A stretch of DNA of 63,927 bases, filler included, from Octopus bimaculoides (Eukaryota): NCBI RefSeq assembly GCF_001194135.2. It is 7 parts of 7 records of this genome, joined end to end, with 100 filler letters (N's around TTAATTAATTAA, not from the genome) between each part and the next. Parts side by side here need not be neighbours in the genome. Positions count along the whole stretch, not along the records: positions 1 to 11,812 come from NC_068986.1; positions 11,913 to 43,473 come from NC_068998.1; 5 more parts are not named here. One strand, given 5' to 3'. The notes beneath the pieces were generated by a model. That model ran no database searches, had not been told where the DNA came from, and saw nothing but the letters and a program-made list of their open reading frames with translations. This document shows positions 1 to 12,390 of the stretch, piece after piece (within the stretch, counting starts at the first letter, position 1; the number at the start of each line of letters is the position of its first letter). Position numbers and translations under genes: made by a program.

Positions 1-614
1 ATACATACATATGTATGTATGTATGTACGTATATATAGATTGATAGATAGTTAGACAGATAGATATACATGCATATATATAAGTATATATGTATACATGT
101 AAATATATGTGTGTGTGTCTGCGCGCGCACATGTAACTGTAATATATACAGAGCTTTAGCAATATCACCTACTTGAAGTCCCAGCACATAATCAGAAACA
201 CTACGCTATACCGATATAATATTAGCGAAAAGATTGCATTAATGTTTCCGAAATCACACGCAAAAGCCAAGTGGGTGGAGAGAAAGTATAACGCTAAAAT
301 ATAATGAATGTTGAATCAATAGAGTGGAAATATCATACGATAACAACAAACAAATAGATAGATACTATTGAATGAAATAGAACGAGAAAATAGATAGAAA
401 TGATTGAGGTTTGATAGTCTTGTGAACCTCTAGATTAATGCAATAACCTCTGAATCTTTAGAAGAGAACCATACATACATACATTTATAAAAATATACAC
501 ACATTCCCATACGCACACATGCACATACATATGTATGCGTGTGCCTGTGTGCATATGCACTTGCGAATGTGTGCATGTACATACATAAATACATACATAT
601 ATATACACATATAA

Positions 615-659
<45 letters not shown>

Positions 660-1077
660 TGTGTGTGTGCGTGTGTGTGTTATAGCTATATGTATATATA
701 TATATATATATATATGCACACACACAGATATATATATATATATGTGCACGCACATGCATTCACAAATAGTGCTTTGTTGGGGATTGAGATGGAAGACTAT
801 CATGTTTATGCCTAGACACTGCTTGGCGCTAACATTTCGTTACTTTCCTCGATCGGGTGATCTACAAGCGCAAATCAGTCAACGTTGTTCTGAATTATAC
901 ATAAACCTATTGCTTTATAAGTTTGTTCTATATATATATATAGTATTAAGTCAATTTAAAGATGTCTTATCCTCATAAGGGATTAATATTCCAAAATTTT
1001 CACTGGTTTAACCTACAATTCGAGGAAAGTCCAAACGATATGTATGGGATTGTTATAAGTATTATTCAATAAACGTT

Positions 1078-1590
1078 TAGAAAATGAAGTGTTGGTAAAG
1101 TTGTGAATTAATTTATTAACATGGCTCCAAAGGAAAAAAATGAATACAAATAAATTTTAAAAAAACCTACGTAGGTTTCGATTCCAGCCTATAGATAAAT
1201 GCATATTTACAAGAATTAGATTAAATCCATTGTTGAGAATTAATGATCATTTTGAATAATATAGGGTAGAATCTCTTCAGGGCTTTACGCTTTTTAATAA
1301 TGAAGGTTATATGCTTATGAAAAAGAAAGTACATTGACTTAATCTCTTTCATAAGGCATGTAACGTTCGTGTAACTTTCATTACTAAAAAACAAAAAACA
1401 AAATCTGCAGAGATTCTACCCTATATTATTCAAAATAATCATTAATTCTCAACATTGGATTTAATCTAATTCTTGAAATTATGCATTTGTCTATAGGGTG
1501 ACGTACGTAGTATCTTTTTGAATTTATTTGTAATCAGTTTTACCTTGGAATTATGTTAATAAATTAATTTATTAACTCTCCATTTTCTCA
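1078..1590. mobile_element. Foldback/MITE-like element with ~200-bp inverted arms
   Basis: Left arm ~1078-1280 is the reverse complement of right arm ~1405-1590. The core cctatagataaatgcat...tagggtagaatctcttcag vs ctgcagagattctacccta...atgcatttgtctatagg is near-perfect. Spacer ~125 bp, no ORF. Confidence 0.75.
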
Positions 1591-1595
1591 ACTTT

Positions 1596-1636
<41 letters not shown>

Positions 1637-1654
1637 TGTATGCATGTATATATA

Positions 1655-2839
1655 TAGGGTGGGGAGCAAAACTTGGAATATTTTGGCAGCCTTTTTTTCA
1701 TATATTCCTGAGCGTAAATACTAAAATATTGCTTTCTATTTCAAGGTGGAGGTCATTAGAGTTAATTTAAGCAGAATTTCCAGTCATACTATCTAACATA
1801 TCCTCTTAAGAAGCCAAGAGACAACGCATTGCAGATTTGTTTCGTGCCGGGTTTGCAATTAGACCTATTGCTCAGACTGTTGGGGGTCTCTGTAAGCACT
1901 GTCTTCAATGTGAAGAACTAAACGCATCAAAAGAAAACGAAGAAGTGGAGACATAAATAAGAAACGGGCTAATTCATTTCTTAAATCTCTCAAAGCCAAA
2001 ATTTCGAAAGACCCAACAACATCCATGAGGAAAAGTCCATGGACATAGAAAGTTGTTCCAAAGACCATCAGAACTGCTGTACACACTGATTTACATTTGA
2101 GGTCGTACGTAAGGACCCCGAGACACCTATTGACTTTTGTAATGAAGGTCAAAATGCATGAAAGGGCCAAAAAAAGTGTTGCGATACCTGAAGCATAATG
2201 GATAAATCGTCAAAATCTTTTCAGATGAAAATATTTTTACCGTTGATGTTGTTCCAAAACGTCGCAATGTTCGACGTATTGTTAAGTCACCTTCTGAAGT
2301 AAAGGGCGTTTTTAGGACCAAGCCCTCAGCTCAAGTCATGATACTGGCGTCTGACGGAAAAAGATGCCTGTCCATTTTTTCAAGTCTGGAATAAAAGTGG
2401 GGGCTGAAGTCTAATATAAAGTCCTGCGGTATGAGGTTTTTGCCGTAGCTGGAGTCTAACTACCCAAACGGTAATTATCTGTGGACCCAAGATAGTTCTC
2501 CTGTTCATACGGCGAAGAAAGTGCAGAAATTCCGCGAAGACAACTTCTCCGACTTTTGGCCTGCCAACTTCTAGCTTTTTCCCAGCCCAGACTTGGATTA
2601 TGCCGTATGGGGAAAATTGGAGCACTCTACCAACAGAACTTCGCATCCAAGTCTTGATCATTTTAAGCGAATCCTGGGAGAAGGGTGGGACAACATGGCT
2701 GAGTACTTCATCATGAAGAATTATGTCGCCTTCAGGTGGCGAGTGAAGGCTGTGGTGGGCAATAAAGGCAGACATATTGAATAAATTGTCTCTTTATACC
2801 CCTATAAACTTGTGTTAAAATTATATTTTTCTCAGATTA
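1655..2839 (+). mobile_element. Decayed Tc1/mariner DD37D (maT)-type DNA transposon, 3' end interrupted by a Chapaev3-like element
   Basis: Starts TAGGGTGGGG after a TA run. Frameshifted transposase motifs SDENIFTVD, QDSSPVHTAKKVQ, SPDL-DYAVWG. D-D spacing is 34 with the consensus NPL missing, i.e. 37. Confidence 0.8.
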
Positions 2840-4965
2840 CACTGGGCAACGAAAAAATCTTTTGTCATGCTATTTAAACTTTTTCAGCTGATTTAGGGTA
2901 ATTGGAGGGTGCTGAATCTGAATCTGATATCAGTTTTCAGACAGTAGTGTAATGTTTTAGTTATTTACAGCATCAGATTTTCCAACCCATTGATAATATT
3001 GACAAAGTATTAGGATATTTGCTTTCGATTTTCTTTCATATGCTCATTACTGAAACAAAAATAGGTGCTGATTTAGGGAAATGTAGGCTACCTGTTAAAT
3101 AGCCACACAACATGAGAATTTATTTTACTTTGTTATCGCTATAATTATAGTAAAAGTTCTCACAATAGGCTATTGATACTAGGTTATATAGTAAGACACT
3201 CAGGCTCCCTTTTCTTGTGCTGTTAAAACAAAGTACATCAAATAAGAGCCAGGTTATATGAAAAGTAGTTTAGTAATAAGTTTAATTAGTTATTAAAGTG
3301 ATCAATATTTGAAATTAAGAAATGGAAAAAATTGTTTCGTGGTAACCATAACTTCAGTACATTCTCTAATAATTTCAATGAATTTTTTGAGAAATATATT
3401 TTGATGTTTTACAATAACATTTACAGTTGATTAATTTTATATTTTAGTTTACTGATAGGCTTCCTTGAGTGCTGATTTAGATTATTACTGTATGTATTTA
3501 TGATGAGCAGAAAAATTTGTGTTAATCGCTCGAACAGCTTTTGTTACGTGTGTGGAAAATTTATGCCAAAAGATCAGAGAAATTTTAAAATGCTTACAAG
3601 CTTTAATTTGGGTGCAGAGTTGGGGACCAAGATAAACTGTGGTCGCCTCATGTTTGTTGCAAAAACTGCTACATAGCACTAACCCAATGGCTGAATGGTA
3701 AACGGAAAGTATGCCATTTGCAGTACCAATGATATGGCACGAACCAACAGGCCACTATACTGATTGTTATTTCTGCTTAACTAACATCACAGGTTTCTCT
3801 AAGAAGAACAAACCCAAGATTGTTTATCTAGATTGTCCTTCAGCTTTGTAACCAGTTGGTCATGCTGCTGAAAATATTCCAATTCTAGAATATCTTTCCT
3901 GTTTTCACAAAGATAGTTTAAGTGAAGAAAGTGCTTCAATTGAATGCGTGCCGAGTGATGCAGCAGGTCACTGTGATGAACCAGGATCTTCAAAAAATGT
4001 TCCTCATTTATAAGTCAACTAAAGTTAAATAATTTAGAGACTTGGGTTAAACAAAAAAAAAATTCAGAACTACTTGACTCCAGGTTGAAACAATGGAATC
4101 TTTTACACGATGGTGTAAAATGCTTGTATTTTCGAAAACGGTATACAAAATTGCATGAATTTTTTAGGGAGAAAGACGGTATTTGTTTTTGTTATGATGT
4201 TGAAGGACTCTTTGGTGAGATGGAGTACGGCTATAATTCTGAAGAATGATGAATCTTTATAGATTCCAGCTAAACAAGCCTAAAAGCTGTTTTGCTGCAT
4301 AATGGCAATCAAAAACCTTCAATACCACTCGCACATGCTGTAGAATTAAAGGAAACTTATGAATCAATGGATAAAATTTTGCATTTGATTAAATTATTCT
4401 CAGCACAAGTGGAATATATACAGGAACAAGAAAATTATTGGTTTGCTACTTGGGTTGCAAATGGGGTATACAAAGCATCAGTGCTTTTTGTGCGTTTGTA
4501 ACAGCAGAGATGACAAGCATCACTATGATCAAAAAGAGTGGCCAAAGAGAAGAGATTTCACTCCAGGGAGATACAACGTTAAATATATCCCTTTAATTGA
4601 CCCTCAGAAAATTTACCTTCCTCCCTTACACGTTAAACATAGCTTGTTTAAGAATTTTGTTAGGGCCATGAATGAAGACAGGGAAGGATTCAAATATCTC
4701 AGTGAAAAATTCCTTTCTAGCAAGACTGAAGATAAGATCAAAGCTGCTGTTTTTAATGGACCAGAAATTCGCAGACTAAGTTGTGATGAGTTTTTGAAGA
4801 AAAATTAAGCTCAGGAGAGAAAACTGCTTGGAAACAGTTTGTTTCTCTTGTAAAAAATTTTTTGGGGAAATGAAAAATCATCTAACAATGTTGTAATTTG
4901 TGAATGATTATTTGAAAGCTTATAAGCAACTTGGGGCGAGAATGTCTCTAAAAATTCATTTTCAT
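2840..4965 (+). mobile_element. Chapaev3-like (CMC superfamily) DNA transposon, 3'-truncated, transposase pseudogene
   Basis: 5' terminus CACTGGGCAAC preceded by TTA. From 3500: FCYVCG...DQDKLWSPHVCCKNC...WHEPTGHYTDCYFC zinc-binding region, then FIDSS, LLHNGN.KPSIP, GYTKHQCFLC, LPPLHVK, MSLKIHF. Many stops and frameshifts. Confidence 0.75.
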
Positions 4966-5007
4966 TATCGGGCCATCAATGGCTACGGAATTATTGTCAC
5001 ATATTTT

Positions 5008-5044
<37 letters not shown>

Positions 5045-6738
5045 NNNNNNNNNNNNNNNNNNNNNNNNNNNNNNNNNNNNNNNNNNNNNNNNNNNNNNNN
5101 NNNNNNNNNNNNNNNNNNNNNNNNNNNNNNNNNNNNNNNNNNNNNNNNNNNNNNNNNNNNNNNNNNNNNNNNNNNNNNNNNNNNNNNNNNNNNNNNNNNN
5201 NNNNNNNNNNNNNNNNNNNNNNNNNNNNNNNNNNNNNNNNNNNNNNNNNNNNNNNNNNNNNNNNNNNNNNNNNNNNNNNNNNNNNNNNNNNNNNNNNNNN
5301 NNNNNNNNNNNNNNNNNNNNNNNNNNNNNNNNNNNNNNNNNNNNNNNNNNNNNNNNNNNNNNNNNNNNNNNNNNNNNNNNNNNNNNNNNNNNNNNNNNNN
5401 NNNNNNNNNNNNNNNNNNNNNNNNNNNNNNNNNNNNNNNNNNNNNNNNNNNNNNNNNNNNNNNNNNNNNNNNNNNNNNNNNNNNNNNNNNNNNNNNNNNN
5501 NNNNNNNNNNNNNNNNNNNNNNNNNNNNNNNNNNNNNNNNNNNNNNNNNNNNNNNNNNNNNNNNNNNNNNNNNNNNNNNNNNNNNNNNNNNNNNNNNNNN
5601 NNNNNNNNNNNNNNNNNNNNNNNNNNNNNNNNNNNNNNNNNNNNNNNNNNNNNNNNNNNNNNNNNNNNNNNNNNNNNNNNNNNNNNNNNNNNNNNNNNNN
5701 NNNNNNNNNNNNNNNNNNNNNNNNNNNNNNNNNNNNNNNNNNNNNNNNNNNNNNNNNNNNNNNNNNNNNNNNNNNNNNNNNNNNNNNNNNNNNNNNNNNN
5801 NNNNNNNNNNNNNNNNNNNNNNNNNNNNNNNNNNNNNNNNNNNNNNNNNNNNNNNNNNNNNNNNNNNNNNNNNNNNNNNNNNNNNNNNNNNNNNNNNNNN
5901 NNNNNNNNNNNNNNNNNNNNNNNNNNNNNNNNNNNNNNNNNNNNNNNNNNNNNNNNNNNNNNNNNNNNNNNNNNNNNNNNNNNNNNNNNNNNNNNNNNNN
6001 NNNNNNNNNNNNNNNNNNNNNNNNNNNNNNNNNNNNNNNNNNNNTATATATATATATATACATATATTTATATATATATACATGTGTGCGCACGCGCACA
6101 CGCAAGTGTGTGTAACCTTTCCTAATTTGAAGAATACAACTCGGACACACATATACCAAGGTGTGATTTGTCGAATATTTTGGGTAGTATATCAAGGGAG
6201 ACCCATCACGTAGAAACATCTTGTTCCTATTTTAGGCTGCCATGTTGAATATGTGTTACAAGCTGAAAGAATCTTGATTGAGCACTTCCTGTAATGATAA
6301 AATAATAAACAGTATTTTTATAGCTTTCTTTTAATAAAATGTTTTCATTGACATGAGGCGATTACAAATGTAATTATTTTGCTTACTCTTATGTGTGCCT
6401 GTAATTGTGTGTGCGGCTTTCTTTACAACAGAACTGTTATGAAAGACAGTTAAGTTCTAGATTATTGCCTTCCTATTTGTGTGACTAATTTCAACGTCTC
6501 AATGTTCGTGTACGATTGTAAACATTTAGCTTTTAAGTTTTACATCTTTCTTAATTAACTGCAATACTAGTGTGTATATTTGTGTATGTGTTTGCATATA
6601 TGTTTATATATGCACAGACACACACACGCAAACACACACATGTATGAGTATATATATAAGTGCGTTTACGTGTGTGTAAATATATATATATATTGTTATA
6701 TATATGTTTGTATGCATGCATGTATGTATGTATGTATG

Positions 6739-6774
<36 letters not shown>

Positions 6775-7894
6775 TGTTCTGAGTAATTTACGGCTCCTAA
6801 ATTTCACTTACAAATCATTGATCGATCAGTCTGAGGCGTCTTGTACTGTAAGCGAGCCCCAAACAACGTAATTGCGAAGTGTAGAACATCTGTTATGCTT
6901 ACAGAAGATGTGGGTTCGCGCCCAATGAGCAACCTTCAACCTTTTCTATGTGTAACCCAAAGGGTCTTAAACCCAATACACGCACGCTATTTTTGTTATA
7001 GCTTTATCTTCTAGTTTTACTGTTAAAAACGTTATATATATATATATATATATATAAACAATATATTAGTATATGCATATATATGTACATGTATGTATAT
7101 ACGTTCATCCACATGTACATATAGATACATAACTGTGTACATGACGTGGCAAAAGAACAAGGACAAAATGGTAAACAAGGTGCAACAAACAAGCAGGCCA
7201 CATAGAAACATCTCCTTATACACACACACACACATACATACATACATACATACACACACACACCCACAAATATTGGTTACACTACCTGTTATTGGCTGCA
7301 CGGTCTTATTATGCAGTGGAAATAAATTAACTTTAAATATCGGCTGATTCAATGTGGAATGCGGCCAGTTGTTTTGTCATGAAAGTCAGAGTGTAATTTA
7401 ATAAAAACAAAGAAACAGTCAATAAATACTGAGGTGGTCAGTCTTCACCACTTTATCACTTCATTACCTCAAAATGCTTGATTTTATACTTCACTTTATT
7501 TTTCATTCTGCTTAGCTATCCTTATAATCTAACCAGGAAGATAAAATTGTAATTTTTACTCAATCTGGCCCTTTTTAGCCTATTTCTTAATCTCTGTTTT
7601 TTTATATTATTTTGATTATAATTCTATTTTGTTTGGCGCTGTATCTATGGGTTTAATTTCCTCTGTAAACTGTTCAAAATTTCACATCACTTTGTATATG
7701 GATTCTTAAACTGAGTGAAACGACGGTAGGATCTTACGGAGGACTTACCTAAACAATCACCGGAAGGCGTACATTTAGCACCTTAGATTTATAAAAATGA
7801 TTACACTACATGTCACCAATGTAGTACAGGTGTAAAAGTGTATCGAAACATTTGTAGTGATTTTTAAAGCAGAAGTCATTCATTCCACTTTGTA

Positions 7895-7935
<41 letters not shown>

Positions 7936-8784
7936 TGCGTGTATATATATNNNNNNNNNNNNNNNNNNNNNNNNNNNNNNNNNNNNNNNNNNNNNNNNNN
8001 NNNNNNNNNNNNNNNNNNNNNNNNNNNNNNNNNNNNNNNNNNNNNNNNNNNNNNNNNNNNNNNNNNNNNNNNNNNNNNNNNNNNNNNNNNNNNNNNNNNN
8101 NNNNNNNNNNNNNNNNNNNNNNNNNNNNNNNNNNNNNNNNNNNNNNNNNNNNNNNNNNNNNNNNNNNNNNNNNNNNNNNNNNNNNNNNNNNNNNNNNNNN
8201 NNNNNNNNNNNNNNNNNNNNNNNNNNNNNNNNNNNNNNNNNNNNNNNNNNNNNNNNNNNNNNNNNNNNNNNNNNNNNNNNNNNNNNNNNNNNNNNNNNNN
8301 NNNNNNNNNNNNNNNNNNNNNNNNNNNNNNNNNNNNNNNNNNNNNNNNNNNNNNNNNNNNNNNNNNNNNNNNNNNNNNNNNNNNNNNNNNNNNNNNNNNN
8401 NNNNNNNNNNNNNNNNNNNNNNNNNNNNNNNNNNNNNNNNNNNNNNNNNNNNNNNNNNNNNNNNNNNNNNNNNNNNNNNNNNNNNNNNNNNNNNNNNNNN
8501 NNNNNNNNNNNNNNNNNNNNNNNNNNNNNNNNNNNNNNNNNNNNNNNNNNNNNNNNNNNNNNNNNNNNNNNNNNNNNNNNNNNNNNNNNNNNNNNNNNNN
8601 NNNNNNNNNNNNNNNNNNNNNNNNNNNNNNNNNNNNNNNNNNNNNNNNNNNNNNNNNNNNNNNNNNNNNNNNNNNNNNNNNNNNNNNNNNNNNNNNNNNN
8701 NNNNNNNNNNNNNNNNNNNNNNNNNNNNNNNNNNNNNNNNNNNNNNNNNNNNNNNNNNNNNNNNNNNNNNNNNNNNNNNNNNNN

Positions 8785-8814
<30 letters not shown>

Positions 8815-8817
<3 letters not shown>

Positions 8818-9113
8818 ACCACTCTGTCAGACGAGGGTCCCAGATGATATGAGCAACCGGACATCTTGCTCGTGAAATTAACGTGTAAGTGACTGAGTAT
8901 TCCACAGACACGCGTACCCTTAACGTAGTTCTCAGCGAGATTCAGTGTAATACAAAGTGTGACAAGGCCAATCCTTTCAAATACAGGTACTACTCATTTT
9001 TGCCAGCTGAGTGGACTGGAGCAATGTTAAATAACGTATTTTCCTCAAATACACAACGCGTTGCTGGGAATTGAACTCATGACCTTACGATCCTGAGCCG
9101 AATGCCCTAACCA
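8815..9113 (-). mobile_element. tRNA-derived SINE with CORE-like central domain (octopus OR-type)
   Basis: Minus strand shows a tRNA-like head (TGGTTAGGGCATTCGG...GAGTTCAATTCCC B-box) followed by a CORE-like segment (GCTCCAGTCCACTCAGCTGGCAAAAATGAGTA). Confidence 0.6.
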
Positions 9114-9117
9114 ACAC

Positions 9118-9216
9118 TGAAAGGATGAAAGGCAAAGGCTACCTCACTAGAATTTAAACTCAGAACTTAAAGACGTACGAAATGGCAGTGCACTAACGGT
9201 TCTGCCAGCTCGCCAC
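9118..9216 (-). mobile_element. tRNA-derived SINE fragment (same family as 43287-43472 and 57131-57341)
   Basis: aaggatgaaaggcaaag...aatttaaactcagaacttaaagacg...ctgccagctcgcc is the reverse complement of the 43287 copy. Confidence 0.7.
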
Positions 9217-9952
9217 TTTAACGTAACTAAATAATGCTTTGCAATATTTTGTCCACTACTGTACACATTCTGTCACCCACACAAGCCCTGGTACCCAGAT
9301 CATGATAAGTATTGAAGATTTCAAGATAAGTACAAAGACTTACAATTAGGGAGCAGGTATATTAGTTGATCAAATCAACCTAACGTTACTTGGCCGTTGC
9401 TTCAATTCTTATCCTCAGCAAAGAAGACATTAAAGACAAAGTTAGCCACGGATGGTTTTGAACTCAGAATGTATCAAAATATTGTAAGATATTATTTGCA
9501 TACAAAGATATACCCAGCATGCCAATCCACCGCCGATATATCCAAAGCATAATAATAATGATCTCGAACATCTATACATCAGATAATTTTCAAAATGTAA
9601 AACAACAACAAAAATGATAATAATAATAATAATAATAATGAATAACAATACAAGAAAAATATACAAGAAAAAAAAAATTTTAAGATATAAAAACATGAAG
9701 TTGGTCAACTAAATGAGATGAAATTGAGGCTGCAGTGTTTAACATTCGTGTGTTTGTCTTAGTTGGCAAATTGTTTGATGTAGTGCAATCAGCTTCAATT
9801 AAACACAACTAACCTCTATCTAACATTATTGCTAACAGGTGGAGGAACTTCTGTCAGGAATCTCAATAGTAAAAAAATAAATAAACATCTCCTGAAATGA
9901 ATGAAATGAAATGAGTCATGATTGCATAAACAAGAAAGAAAACACAAAGTAA

Positions 9953-10004
<52 letters not shown>

Positions 10005-11059
10005 TACACACACACACACACTCGCACAAACGTACAAGCACAGCACACGCGTGCGTGCACAAACACATTAAGAGACTATGAAATACGCCTATACTCTTAT
10101 ACAGAAGCATGTAAATACATATACACATACGCAAATATACATATATANNNNNNNNNNNNNNNNNNNNNNNNNNNNNNNNNNNNNNNNNNNNNNNNNNNNN
10201 NNNNNNNNNNNNNNNNNNNNNNNNNNNNNNNNNNNNNNNNNNNNNNNNNNNNNNNNNNNNNNNNNNNNNNNNNNNNNNNNNNNNNNNNNNNNNNNNNNNN
10301 NNNNNNNNNNNNNNNNNNNNNNNNNNNNNNNNNNNNNNNNNNNNNNNNNNNNNNNNNNNNNNNNNNNNNNNNNNNNNNNNNNNNNNNNNNNNNNNNNNNN
10401 NNNNNNNNNNNNNNNNNNNNNNNNNNNNNNNNNNNNNNNNNNNNNNNNNNNNNNNNNNNNNNNNNNNNNNNNNNNNNNNNNNNNNNNNNNNNNNNNNNNN
10501 NNNNNNNNNNNNNNNNNNNNNNNNNNNNNNNNNNNNNNNNNNNNNNNNNNNNNNNNNNNNNNNNNNNNNNNNNNNNNNNNNNNNNNNNNNNNNNNNNNNN
10601 NNNNNNNNNNNNNNNNNNNNNNNNNNNNNNNNNNNNNNNNNNNNNNNNNNNNNNNNNNNNNNNNNNNNNNNNNNNNNNNNNNNNNNNNNNNNNNNNNNNN
10701 NNNNNNNNNNNNNNNNNNNNNNNNNNNNNNNNNNNNNNNNNNNNNNNNNNNNNNNNNNNNNNNNNNNNNNNNNNNNNNNNNNNNNNNNNNNNNNNNNNNN
10801 NNNNNNNNNNNNNNNNNNNNNNNNNNNNNNNNNNNNNNNNNNNNNNNNNNNNNNNNNNNNNNNNNNNNNNNNNNNNNNNNNNNNNNNNNNNNNNNNNNNN
10901 NNNNNNNNNNNNNNNNNNNNNNNNNNNNNNNNNNNNNNNNNNNNNNNNNNNNNNNNNNNNNNNNNNNNNNNNNNNNNNNNNNNNNNNNNNNNNNNNNNNN
11001 NNNNNNNNNNNNNNTATATATATATATATATATATACATATTTATATACATATATATAC

Positions 11060-11114
<55 letters not shown>

Positions 11115-11693
11115 ATACACATAGATATATGCACATACGCACATATATATACACAAACATATATATATACGTACATACATACATACATACATACATACAT
11201 AAACACACATCGTAGATGGAACGTTTAAATAGCGAAAATATATATGTATTAAAAAACAATTTCAAAGCAATTATAAATGTAAGAGATGATTAGTTGGAAG
11301 AACAATATAATAAATATTTAGATTTTAGACAGAAATGCTATATTATCTGAAACGAAAACCTATCAATTGCTTTATTTCAGTCCCTTTGGAGTTGAATTAA
11401 AACACAAAGCTTTCAGAAATGATCGAAAATTATTACAATTTCTCTCATTTTCATATAATGATAATAAAAACAATTTAATAGGAAAGAAAATGTCGTTGAA
11501 ACCGAAACAATAAATGAAACTATAGCCCGAACTGATCTAGTCTTTATTTCATGTATATCTTTACTACAACTATACCCATTCACCGTGCCCGTTCTTTATT
11601 CTGAATATCAGAATAGCAATTCTCCACTGAGCAATGAATATATTTCATCATTTGACCCTTCGTACACATATCTTTCTATCAATTACTTGATCA

Positions 11694-11696
<3 letters not shown>

Positions 11697-11764
<68 letters not shown>
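11697..11764. repeat. (TATC)n microsatellite
   Basis: Direct reading of the sequence. Confidence 0.95.
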
Positions 11765-11856
11765 ATACATATATTCAAACACAGATATATATATATATAT
11801 ATATATATATATNNNNNNNNNNNNNNNNNNNNNNNNNNNNNNNNNNNNNNNNNNNN

Positions 11857-11868
11857 TTAATTAATTAA
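11857..11868. other. Artificial scaffold linker TTAATTAATTAA (also 43518-43529, 51949-51960, 58491-58502, 59917-59928, 62593-62604)
   Basis: The identical 12-mer, with stops in all six frames, sits in the centre of 100-bp blocks (44 N + 12 + 44 N, counted for this copy) six times. Confidence 0.95.
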
Positions 11869-12257
11869 NNNNNNNNNNNNNNNNNNNNNNNNNNNNNNNN
11901 NNNNNNNNNNNNGTGTGCATGTGTATGTGTGTGATGGGTGTATATATGTATAGATATCTGTATGCATGTATATATGTGTACATATTACATGTACATCTAT
12001 ATATATATATACATCTACACATATGTATACATATACATGTATGCATATAGATTTATATCTATATATATATCTATACATATACGTGTACATATACATCTAT
12101 ATGTATACATATACATCTCTCTGTCTGTCTCTCTCTCTTTCTCTTTTTTTCTCTCTCTCTCTGAAACCAAAACCAAGTCCAAAGTCTCTATCTTATCTGA
12201 TACGAATGAAATTTAACAAACACATGGATGCACATACAAATCCCAGGTAAATCCTCA

Positions 12258-12305
<48 letters not shown>

Positions 12306-12334
12306 CACACATTAAAAATGGAGAAGGTTTATGG

Positions 12335-12390
12335 GATTATCTTAGGTTTCCCATCCATATGGGTTTAGCTTTATGGCATATCGTCAGATC
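12335..12390 (-). ncRNA. Degenerate hammerhead ribozyme-like motif
   Basis: Minus strand GAT-CTGACGA-[stem II with ccata/tatgg]-GAAAC-CTAAGATA-ATC, downstream of the GIY-YIG. Stem II closure and stem III are imperfect. Confidence 0.4.

Noticed and set aside
430-978. His/Thr/Ile/Tyr/Cys/Val-rich ORFs here and throughout (e.g. 6.6, 7.0, 9.9, 11.9, 62.6 and 63.4 kb)
   Set aside because: They are translations of (AT)n/(AC)n/(ATAC)n microsatellites, not genes.
9060-9113. tRNA gene
   Set aside because: A and B boxes only, as a SINE head; no complete cloverleaf.
4900-11265. Long ORFs of 300-450 aa in the ORF track
   Set aside because: They are open only because they run through N gaps.
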